Source: Candidatus Heimdallarchaeota archaeon
GTDB taxonomy: Archaea > Asgardarchaeota > Heimdallarchaeia > Heimdallarchaeales > Heimdallarchaeaceae
Assembly: GCA_030603365.1 (NCBI GenBank)
Contig: JAUVXV010000016.1
Coordinates: 26,274 to 90,273, forward strand
Direction of reading: 5' to 3'
DNA: 64,000 bases
The notes beneath the pieces are model-generated. The model ran no database searches. It saw only the letters and a program-made list of their open reading frames with translations, and had not been told where the DNA came from. The translations under genes and the position numbers were made by a program. Positions 40,584 through 49,036 of this stretch are shown here, piece after piece (the first letter of the stretch is position 1; the number at the start of each line of letters is the position of its first letter).

Positions 40584-41864
40584 CTAAAATGGTATTACTC
40601 TTTCATACCCTGTTTTTTCTCTCTTTTTCGTTGCATCTATTATTACTTTGATTGATGTATTATCTTCCCTTCTTCTTGATGGATCCAGTGATGACCCTTT
40701 GACATTTTCCAGAATTGTTATGTCGTTGGCCCCGGCTCTGGTTATTCTCGCCCATTCTACTGCTTTACTATCACATATGTCTATATCCTCGTCTACAATT
40801 GTACACCATTTCAATGAAGGATGTGCTTCAAAAGCTGCTAAACCTACTTTTTGTCCATCTATGTCAGATTGAGTTGTAACTGAAATAACAGCATTTAGCC
40901 ATCCACACCCACTAGGAGTTAAATAAACACCATGTACCTTAGGGATAACTTTACTCACACGGTTATGAATCTCTGCTTCTCGTGGAAAACCCATAAGGAT
41001 AAAGTGTTCCTCATAAGCAGGAAGGATAGTTTGAAAAGTAGGGTCATCTCGATAAAGAACGTCTTCAAATTGAATGATGGGTTGGGAGCGAACGTCGTCA
41101 GGGGTACCAGTAATATCAACAAAAGGTCCTTCAGCTACCTCCTCATTAGCAAGGATCTTTCCCTCGAGAATGAATTCAACATCAGCAGGAACAGGAATAC
41201 TATACCGGGGAGATTTAACAACGGAAAGTTTACCGCGTAGAAGAGCATTTGCAATAGAGAGTTCAGATTTGCCAGGAGGAGTAGGAGAAGAAGCTGCTAA
41301 AGCAAGAATGGGGTGATAACCATTAACTACAGCAATGGGTGTATCCAAATCATTCTTCTTGTTTTCTTGGAAAATTTTGTACAAATTCCGAGGGACGATA
41401 CGAATGGCCCCTTGTTGGTCATTGAGAACCATAATACGATGAATACTCATGTTGGGAGCGTTAGTATCAGGAAACTGTGCAAAAACAATACCTGAAGTAA
41501 GATAGTTCCCTCCATCAACAGAGAAGAATTTGGGAATAGGAAGCTTGGAAAGATTGACAGGTTCTTTGTTAGAGAAGGTAAGACTGGCTTCAACAGGTTG
41601 AGGTTGTTGAGGGTTGAGAAGTGATTGTTGAAAGAAAGAGTAGTAATCCTTGGGTTCATCTAAAACAAGTTTAAGTTGCTCACGAGAGGAGAGACTATTA
41701 CCAAGAAGGGGAAAATTGGAACCTTCAACATTAGAAAACAAAATAGCTCTATTGTAGTTTGTTTGAAGATGTTCAGTAATCTCATAATCAAGCTTAACTT
41801 CATCAGGAATTTCAACAAGCAAATCAGATTGTTTGAGGGTTTCAAGATAGGGTCTTAAACTCAT
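40584..41864 (-). CDS. UbiD-family prFMN-dependent decarboxylase (possibly anhydromevalonate-phosphate decarboxylase)
   Basis: DGGNYLTSG, NMSIHR, EGPFVDITG, VDEDID and GSSLDPS motifs. ATG 41864 is preferred because the track start overlaps the tRNA. Confidence 0.9.
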   Translation of the reverse strand: MSLRPYLETLKQSDLLVEIPDEVKLDYEITEHLQTNYNRAILFSNVEGSNFPLLGNSLSSREQLKLVLDEPKDYYSFFQQSLLNPQQPQPVEASLTFSNKEPVNLSKLPIPKFFSVDGGNYLTSGIVFAQFPDTNAPNMSIHRIMVLNDQQGAIRIVPRNLYKIFQENKKNDLDTPIAVVNGYHPILALAASSPTPPGKSELSIANALLRGKLSVVKSPRYSIPVPADVEFILEGKILANEEVAEGPFVDITGTPDDVRSQPIIQFEDVLYRDDPTFQTILPAYEEHFILMGFPREAEIHNRVSKVIPKVHGVYLTPSGCGWLNAVISVTTQSDIDGQKVGLAAFEAHPSLKWCTIVDEDIDICDSKAVEWARITRAGANDITILENVKGSSLDPSRRREDNTSIKVIIDATKKREKTGYERVIPF

Positions 41865-41956
41865 AAAATCACAGTTTCCTCTGAATACAAAAAACATAAG
41901 ATACAATGATTTAAATATCTTGTTAGAAAGAAATCGATAGAAAATTACGCTACTTG

Positions 41957-42041
41957 GCGGGGATTGCCGAGTGGTCAAAGGCGCTAGATTCAGGTTCTAG
42001 TCCTTAGTGGTCCGGGAGTTCGAATCTCCCTCCCCGCACCA
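41957..42041 (+). tRNA. tRNA-Leu(CAG)
   Basis: 85 nt with long variable arm, anticodon arm CTAGA-TTCAGGT-TCTAG, encoded CCA. Confidence 0.97.
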
Positions 42042-42079
42042 AGAATAAATAGTTTTTGAGAAAAAATGAGGTGCAAAAA

Positions 42080-42574
42080 GTGAAAATAGGAATCATGAGT
42101 GATAGTCATGATCACAGATCAAATATAAAGAAAGCACTAGATTTGTTCAAAGAAAAAGAAGTTGAAGTGATTATCCATGCAGGAGATTTAATCTCTCCTT
42201 TCTGTGTTGAGATGTTTGAAGAATTTAAAGGAAAATTCTATTTGTGTTCAGGTAATAATCTAGGGGACACTGAAGTAATAAGCAATATGATGAAAAAAGT
42301 AGGATTCTATTATGAGGATGTGGGAGAGTTTGAAATTGAGGGTAAAACTTTTGCATTGTATCATGGAACAGATGAATTACTATTGAACTCGCTAATTTAC
42401 TCCAAAATACATTATGATTATATTATAACAGGTCATACCCATAAAAAACTCCTACAAAAGGTTGAAAACACAATAATAATCAATCCAGGAGAAACGTTCG
42501 ATTTATACGAAGACCCAAAAGTAGCAATCCTTGAATTAGAAAATAGAAAAGTCGAATTTTATTCATTGAAATGA
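42080..42574 (+). CDS. YfcE/MJ0936-family metallophosphoesterase
   Basis: SDSH, HAGD, GNN, HG, GHTH and NPG motifs. GTG 42080 follows a GAGGTG SD. Confidence 0.92.
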   Translation: MKIGIMSDSHDHRSNIKKALDLFKEKEVEVIIHAGDLISPFCVEMFEEFKGKFYLCSGNNLGDTEVISNMMKKVGFYYEDVGEFEIEGKTFALYHGTDELLLNSLIYSKIHYDYIITGHTHKKLLQKVENTIIINPGETFDLYEDPKVAILELENRKVEFYSLK

Positions 42575-43770
42575 GAAAGAGAGATTTGAATCAAATGATG
42601 ACTTCTCCCAAGTTACCTTTAATCACAGGAGAAATCAAAGAATACCTAGTTGAACTACTGGGAGCTGAAGTGGTTGAGAAGTATTTACAAGCTGTTTCTA
42701 CTCCTATGGAAGAATATACGTTACATATATTTCAGCAATATGAATTAACAGAAGTTATAATAGAAAAAATTGAGGAATCAAATTTTAAAACCTATCATCA
42801 CCCAGAATTCTCTAATTTAATAGTAACACAACCAAAAGGTCCTTTCATGGTTGACTACTCTGAAAACTTGAAAGAAATTACTGTTGATAATCGAGCTGCT
42901 GAAATGATCTATCAAGGTTCCGATGTTTTTGTACCTGGAATTAAAAGAGCAGATAAAGTGAAAGAAAACGATTTTACGTATATAAAAAATCAAAAAGGGA
43001 TTCATGTGGCAAAAGCTAAAGCTCTGATGAGCCAAAATACAATATCAACAGAAAAAAAAGGAATTGCTGCAAAAAATCTAGAATCTCCTTACAAAGTTCC
43101 AAGTGTAGAACAGTTAGGATTTCAAGATTTGCCAGTTTATTTCCAAAGTATACCTGCTTATCTAACTAGCTTAAATTTGGAACCTCAACCTGGGGATAAG
43201 GTACTTGATTGCTGTGCAGCTCCTGGAAACAAAACTATTCATCTCAGTGAATTAACTAAGAACAGTGGGGAGATAATTGCTGTAGATAGATCTAAGAGAA
43301 GATTATATAATTTGAACGAGAAGATAATTAAATTCGGGATTAAAAATATCAAAACTGTTCCAGGAAATATCATTGAGTTAAGTAAAGAATGGAATGTTAA
43401 ATTCGATAAAATACTGGTTGATCCTCCTTGTACTGCCCTTGGTTTTAGACCTAGATTAGTTCTTGATATAGAAAGAAAAACAATAGAGTCAACTGCAAAT
43501 TATCAAAATGCCATCCTTTTTGCATGCAATAAATTATTGAAACCAGGTGGCGAGCTAATTTATTCAACATGTACAATAACAAAAGAGGAAAATGAGGAGG
43601 TAGTGAATCGAGCCATGAATTTAGGTTTAAAAATTATTGAACAGAACTATAAGACTGCAACAACAGGATCAATAAATACCGATACTTCTCTGCCTGTACA
43701 AAGATTCATACCAGGACAAAATAAGACTTTAGGATATTTTATTGCGAAGTTTAGAAAGCAAGAAAGTTAA
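42571..43770 (+). CDS. PUA-domain RsmB/NOL1 RNA m5C methyltransferase (NSUN6-like)
   Basis: PUA domain (GSDVFVPG), LDCCAAPGNKT, DPPCTALGFRP and YSTCT motifs. Confidence 0.9.
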   Translation: MRKRDLNQMMTSPKLPLITGEIKEYLVELLGAEVVEKYLQAVSTPMEEYTLHIFQQYELTEVIIEKIEESNFKTYHHPEFSNLIVTQPKGPFMVDYSENLKEITVDNRAAEMIYQGSDVFVPGIKRADKVKENDFTYIKNQKGIHVAKAKALMSQNTISTEKKGIAAKNLESPYKVPSVEQLGFQDLPVYFQSIPAYLTSLNLEPQPGDKVLDCCAAPGNKTIHLSELTKNSGEIIAVDRSKRRLYNLNEKIIKFGIKNIKTVPGNIIELSKEWNVKFDKILVDPPCTALGFRPRLVLDIERKTIESTANYQNAILFACNKLLKPGGELIYSTCTITKEENEEVVNRAMNLGLKIIEQNYKTATTGSINTDTSLPVQRFIPGQNKTLGYFIAKFRKQES

Positions 43771-43811
43771 TACCGAACCTTTTTTAATTTCTGCTCTTTC
43801 TTTAACATGAA

Positions 43812-44666
43812 ATGAGTTTTTTAAATAAAGACACATGTATTTTGATTACAAGCTCTAGACACAAAGATAGTAAACAATTAGCTGTATCTTTTTATGAAAA
43901 ACTAGTGAAAAAAGGATATCTCACATTTCTTGATACATTCCTTGCTGAGAAAATTGAGACCCCAGAACTATCATGTCCTGATAAAAAACCCAATCTAATT
44001 TTTGTTTTTGGGGGAGATGGAACAATACTTAAAACCTTTGAAATTTGGAAAAATATTCCAATATTTGCTGTTAACTGTGGAAAAGTTGGTTTTCTTACAG
44101 AAATTGACCCAGATGAAATTGATGAATCTTTGGAAGCTCTAGAAAGAGGTGAAGGTTTTGTTGAAAGCTATTACACTATTGATATAACCTCAAAAAAATC
44201 AGCAACCGTTTCAGCAGTAAATGATGTTGTTATAACTTCTGATGTAATTGGTCGATCAATTAGTCTGAAATTGTACGTAGATGATCAATATTTTTACACT
44301 CTTGATGGAGATGGGTTGATTATTGCCACTAGTATAGGTTCCAGTGCTTATGGTCTATCAGCTGGAGGCTCTTTGATTGTTCCTGCTGTAGAAGCAATAA
44401 TAACAGTACCAATCTGTCCTTTTTCTAGAAGAGTAGTACCTATGGTTTTTCCTTTAACTTCCAAATTAAAAGTTACTAATCTAAGTAAAACCAAAAATGG
44501 GAGTGTTGTAATTGATGGAAAGGTACATTATAACCTCAGTTACAAGGAATCTATTGAAATTAAACAATCTGAAGATAAGATAAATTTCCTTCGATTCGAA
44601 GATAATTATATAACAAGGGTTAGGGAAAAGCTTCTAAGATTTAATCCTGATGATGTTGATGAATGA
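43812..44666 (+). CDS. nadK: NAD kinase
   Basis: GGDGT, GKVGFL, VND and DGLIIATSIGSSAY motifs. Confidence 0.95.
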   Translation: MSFLNKDTCILITSSRHKDSKQLAVSFYEKLVKKGYLTFLDTFLAEKIETPELSCPDKKPNLIFVFGGDGTILKTFEIWKNIPIFAVNCGKVGFLTEIDPDEIDESLEALERGEGFVESYYTIDITSKKSATVSAVNDVVITSDVIGRSISLKLYVDDQYFYTLDGDGLIIATSIGSSAYGLSAGGSLIVPAVEAIITVPICPFSRRVVPMVFPLTSKLKVTNLSKTKNGSVVIDGKVHYNLSYKESIEIKQSEDKINFLRFEDNYITRVREKLLRFNPDDVDE

Positions 44667-45177
44667 AAATAAGGATAAAGATAAACAAAACTATTTCATA
44701 GTTGATTCAACAGCAATTATCCATCATTTTGCGCTTGAAGGAGAATTAGGAGAGAACGATTTTCTTGTTATTCCTGAACTACTTGAAATAGAATTAAAGT
44801 CATTTGAAGCTAAATCTGTTTTAACCTTATTAAGTGCAGAAGGAAAACTAATACAAGTTAGTCCTTCTTCGCAATCCATGGAAAGAATCACAGAAATTGC
44901 CAAAAAATCTGGTGATTTTTCTGCTTTATCCAAAATTGACCTCCATGTGCTAGCTCTATCACAAGATTTTCCTGATTCTGTAATTTACAGTGATGATAAT
45001 GCAGTTCAGAATGTTTGTGCATTCATAAATACTAAAGTGATTTCACAACATTTCAAAATAAAACAAAGGAGGGAATATTTCTGGCAATGTACTGTGTGCA
45101 GAAGCAAATATTCTCAAAAGAGAGAAACTTGCATAGACTGTGGTAGCCCATTAAAACGTTTTTTTAAAAGAAAATAA
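44659..45177 (+). CDS. nob1: Nob1 rRNA-processing endonuclease
   Basis: PIN domain (VDSTA, LSKID, SDDNAVQN) plus C-terminal CxxC...CxxCG Zn ribbon. Confidence 0.9.
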   Translation: MNENKDKDKQNYFIVDSTAIIHHFALEGELGENDFLVIPELLEIELKSFEAKSVLTLLSAEGKLIQVSPSSQSMERITEIAKKSGDFSALSKIDLHVLALSQDFPDSVIYSDDNAVQNVCAFINTKVISQHFKIKQRREYFWQCTVCRSKYSQKRETCIDCGSPLKRFFKRK

Positions 45178-45208
45178 AGTGTGCAGGATTTAAAAACTGA
45201 ACAAGACT

Positions 45209-46312
45209 CTAGGATAATGCCTCTAATGCTTCAATTATTGCAAGTACAAATCTATCGTTAATTTCACTGTCCCCCAAGGTTACAACAAAAGATTTCTCAT
45301 AATCTTTGAATTTGTGAGCTTCATCAAAAGTTTGCACAATTATGCCTTTACTACAAAGTTGTTCGTAGAGCTCTTTTATGTTATTTTTATATTTGATAAA
45401 GAGAAAATTAGTATCACTTCGAAATATCTTCAAGCCACTCAGCATTTTTAGATGATTTATCACTCTTTTTCTTTCAGCTATAAAGGCATTAATTAATTCA
45501 ACGAACTTGTATGGAGCCTGCAAAATGTGTTTAGTAGCTAAAGCATGAATCGGTGGAATTTCTTCAATAAAATATTGTTCTTTTAGCAGATTTATGAAAC
45601 CAGGATCGGCAACAAGATAGGCACTAGAAAGAGAACCCAATCCCCAAGCCTTGGAAAATGACCTAACTATTACTAGATTATCAAAAAACTGAACTTGATT
45701 AACCAAACTATATTTTCCGAATTCAACATAGGATTCATCAATTATTATGGGTATGTCGATTTCTTTTGCCAATGTTAAAACATCATTCTCTCGAAGTTGG
45801 TTGGCTGTAGGGTAATGGGGTGATGAGAAGACTATTGCTTTTGATGAACTTGTTTCTATTTTCTCTAAAACAGCGTTTATGTCTAATTCAAAATCTTCCA
45901 TCAAACTTACCATATTAATTTTAAGTTTTTGACTCTGCGCAATAGTAGAATAAATATCCTTATCAGGAGAAATTAGGATGATTTCATCTTTTGGTTTAGT
46001 TATTGTTGATAAAACTCTTTGAATAAGCTGATTATGTGTTAAACCAGGATATAGAGAAGGTGTTTTAACACCTGTAAACCGTGATATTTCTTCTACGAAT
46101 GAATAATAATCAATAGGATAACTATCTCTAGGGTCAATTGACTCTATATCCTTTACAACAAATTCTTGAATTAAGGTTGGAGGAATGAATAGGTTATCTC
46201 CAAGACTTAAATCAGTGATCTGATCAAGTGTAAGATTATACTTGTCTGCTATCTGTTGATGCTTCCTATTTCTTTCAAGTGCAAAACCTGTAATAGAGAT
46301 TTTATTAGACAT
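45209..46312 (-). CDS. HisC/CobD-like PLP-dependent enzyme (divergent)
   Basis: IDESYVEF, RSFSKAWGL (PLP Lys) and SDTNFL motifs. Several other active-site motifs are altered. Confidence 0.8.
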   Translation of the reverse strand: MSNKISITGFALERNRKHQQIADKYNLTLDQITDLSLGDNLFIPPTLIQEFVVKDIESIDPRDSYPIDYYSFVEEISRFTGVKTPSLYPGLTHNQLIQRVLSTITKPKDEIILISPDKDIYSTIAQSQKLKINMVSLMEDFELDINAVLEKIETSSSKAIVFSSPHYPTANQLRENDVLTLAKEIDIPIIIDESYVEFGKYSLVNQVQFFDNLVIVRSFSKAWGLGSLSSAYLVADPGFINLLKEQYFIEEIPPIHALATKHILQAPYKFVELINAFIAERKRVINHLKMLSGLKIFRSDTNFLFIKYKNNIKELYEQLCSKGIIVQTFDEAHKFKDYEKSFVVTLGDSEINDRFVLAIIEALEALS

Positions 46313-46512
46313 CTGTATTCCTTCGTACTTTAAACTAACAATTTATGCTAACGCAGTTAAAAAAACCTATTGGTAACTAGAGAGTAATAACTGAATTCCT
46401 CTAGTTTTATTGCAGAAACATATATATTTTCGTGAAAAAAAGAGTAAAACTAAAAAGGAATTAAGAACTGGGTTAATTACTCATACCAGACAGTAACACA
46501 AGGTGAAATTTG

Positions 46513-47403
46513 ATGGTTCATAAATTTACAGTAGAATTTCCAGAAAGAATTTGGAATGCTATTAGAGAAAAAAAGGGGCCCGGATCAATTAAAGATTTCC
46601 TGATTAAATTAATTGAAAAGGAATTTGAATTAAGAAAAATAAAAACACTAATTTTAGCTGGAGGAGAAGGTGCCAGATTAAAGCCATTAACGGAAACCAT
46701 TCCTAAAGCAATGATTCCTGTGGGGTACAAACCTTTACTTGAATATAATTTGGAGTTGATATCTAAAAGTGGAGTAAACGATGTTATCCTTCTAATAGGA
46801 AAACTAGGAAACCGAATAATGAAGCACTTTGGGCAGAATTGGAAAGATTTGAATTTAAGTTATGTAAGTGAAACAACGAATCTAGATACAGCTGGGGCAA
46901 TATATAATGCTCGTAATCTAATTTCAGACACATTTGTTGTTATGCACTCCGATATTCTAACCGATATCAACCTTAGTAGTATCATGGAATATCATAAGAA
47001 ACATAGGAAAAATCACATTGCAACAATTTGTGGGATTGGTGTAAATGACTATTACCAATCTATGGGAAAGACAACTGACAAAGGTCTCTTTTCAGACTAT
47101 GGCGTTTTTTATGTGGATGATTTTACAAGTAATCTGGTCATAAGATTCGAAGAAACCCCCACAAAAACACAACAAAGCGGTTTTATTAATACAGGTATAT
47201 ATGTTTTCGAACCAGAAATTCTAGATTATCTGTCTGATTCAGAAGGAAAATCTATCTCTGGGGATATCTTACCTATACTTATAGGAGAGAAAAAAGTCAA
47301 AGCATATTTGTGCCCTAAAAATGCTTTTTGGATTGATGTAGCCCATCCTGATCGCTGGAGTAAAGCTTGGGATGTTTTATTTTCAGGCGCATTCAAAATT
47401 TAA
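46513..47403 (+). CDS. Ribbon-helix-helix domain fused to a sugar-phosphate nucleotidyltransferase domain
   Basis: N-terminal HKFTVEFPERIWNAI...IKDFLIKLIEKE (beta-alpha-alpha), then ILAGGEGARLKPLT..PK, NTGIYVF and WIDV motifs. Confidence 0.8.
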   Translation: MVHKFTVEFPERIWNAIREKKGPGSIKDFLIKLIEKEFELRKIKTLILAGGEGARLKPLTETIPKAMIPVGYKPLLEYNLELISKSGVNDVILLIGKLGNRIMKHFGQNWKDLNLSYVSETTNLDTAGAIYNARNLISDTFVVMHSDILTDINLSSIMEYHKKHRKNHIATICGIGVNDYYQSMGKTTDKGLFSDYGVFYVDDFTSNLVIRFEETPTKTQQSGFINTGIYVFEPEILDYLSDSEGKSISGDILPILIGEKKVKAYLCPKNAFWIDVAHPDRWSKAWDVLFSGAFKI

Positions 47404-47536
47404 AAATCAAATTGTTTAACAGTATAAAATTCTATAGAATTATATACTGCTTATGTAAATCAATAAAACTCGAAAGTGCAAATATTTAAGAATTTAAGTA
47501 AAAAAAGAGCACAAGCAAAAAAAAGGTGTCAGATTT

Positions 47537-47836
47537 ATGGATATTAATCGCAGTATTAGAATAGCCGTCGACACAGGAAAAGTTTCCTATGGCGCAGATT
47601 CAGCAAGACAAGCTTTGCTAAATAAGCAAGCAAAGATAATTATTATAGCAAACAACACTCCTCAAGATATCAAAGAAGATATTTATAGATATGCTAAAAT
47701 TTCTGAATTACCAATATTAGAGTTTCCTGGGTCATCTCTTGATTTAGGTGCAGTCTGTGGTCGACCACATTTTGTAGCTGCTTTAACAATAATCTCTGTT
47801 GGAGATAGTGATATCATTAAAGCAGTTAAGAAATAA
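47537..47836 (+). CDS. rpl30e: 50S ribosomal protein L30e
   Basis: AVDTGKV, DLGAVCGRPH and GDSDI motifs. Confidence 0.96.
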   Translation: MDINRSIRIAVDTGKVSYGADSARQALLNKQAKIIIIANNTPQDIKEDIYRYAKISELPILEFPGSSLDLGAVCGRPHFVAALTIISVGDSDIIKAVKK

Positions 47837-48044
47837 TAGGTTATGGAGGACAAAGTAGATGAAATCGATTAATCGTTTTCTTTGCTCTAATATCTTTTTA
47901 GAAATTATATTAGTAAGCGAAAATGATTCAAACTTATGTTCAAATACACTTTTAAACATTTGAATACTAAAATTAGCTTGAATCAAGTGAGATAAACGTG
48001 TTAGAATAACGTGATGAAATTCATTTAAATCGCAACTTCAATAT

Positions 48045-48494
48045 ATGGATGCACAAAAAATGCCTGCTGTCAAACTTTCGCAAACTGAAATGCAATATAT
48101 AACAATTCTGCAAGGAATCGTAAACGTTCAAATCAATGATTGTATAGTTGATGATGAAGAGAACAAAGTTATTTTTGTTGTTGCAGAAGGACAAGCTGGT
48201 TTAGCAATAGGAAAAAGAGGGATTAACATTAATAAACTAAAAGAGATGATTTCTAAAGATGTAGAGATCATAGAACATTCCTCTAATCCTGCAAAATTCA
48301 TCAAAAATTGTTTCTTGCCTATAATAATCAAGGATATAACCTTTCTAGAGAGAAAAAATGGAAAGGCTGTAACTGTTGAAGTTGATAATAAAGACAAAGG
48401 AAGAGCTATTGGAAGAAGTGGTAAGAACATCAATAAAGTAAAGATGTTAGTTCTTAGGCAGTTTGATGTTGTTGATGTAATGATAAAACAATAA
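48045..48494 (+). CDS. nusA: Archaeal NusA (two KH domains)
   Basis: GLAIGKRGINI and GRAIGRSGKNI KH loops. Confidence 0.95.
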   Translation: MDAQKMPAVKLSQTEMQYITILQGIVNVQINDCIVDDEENKVIFVVAEGQAGLAIGKRGININKLKEMISKDVEIIEHSSNPAKFIKNCFLPIIIKDITFLERKNGKAVTVEVDNKDKGRAIGRSGKNINKVKMLVLRQFDVVDVMIKQ

Positions 48495-48598
48495 GGCTAT
48501 TTTCTTGCTTCTTTAATTTTGTCAAAAACTTTTAGAGATACAACGTATAATATTTCAATCAAGAAAGATAGAAATAGAATTAAACAAGGTTAAGCTAA

Positions 48599-49000
48599 AT
48601 GGGAAATCCTATAACAGATGATAAAAAGAAACTGGGTAAACTAATAGACCTTATTCAAAAGGAAGGAACTCTTTCAGAAATTTCAGAGAATGAAATAATA
48701 TCTCTTTTTGGAACTCGCGGTGAAAAAGCTATTGGCATTCTCAAAGATAACAAATTGCACAAACATGTTCTAAATGAGAAAATAGCTATTTGGGAAGTAG
48801 AAGGTAAGAGTCAGAATTATTTGATAATTGAAGACAACTTTTGTGAATGTACAGACTTTCAAATTAGAGTTTTAAGTAGAGGAGAAAAAACACTATGTTA
48901 TCATCTTCTCGCTAAGATTGTGGGCGACGAGTTACATCTTTATAACATTCAGAAAATATCGAATGAAGAATATGATAAACTAATACTCCCTCGTACTTAA
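48599..49000 (+). CDS. SWIM zinc-finger protein
   Basis: FCECTDF...CYHLLA, the CxC...CxH motif. Confidence 0.85.
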   Translation: MGNPITDDKKKLGKLIDLIQKEGTLSEISENEIISLFGTRGEKAIGILKDNKLHKHVLNEKIAIWEVEGKSQNYLIIEDNFCECTDFQIRVLSRGEKTLCYHLLAKIVGDELHLYNIQKISNEEYDKLILPRT

Positions 49001-49036
49001 CTGATTAAAAATGTAAAAATTGAAGAAAAGGTATTT

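Noticed and set aside
41865-41978. N-terminal extension of the UbiD-family ORF (similar extensions in the track for glyA, rpl18e and the 625 ORF)
   Set aside because: Artefacts of longest-ORF calling. They overlap a tRNA or neighbouring gene, or precede better starts with SD or signal-peptide support.
47920-47990. SECIS-like element
   Set aside because: No convincing AUGA/GA quartet geometry, and no gene with an in-frame TGA nearby.
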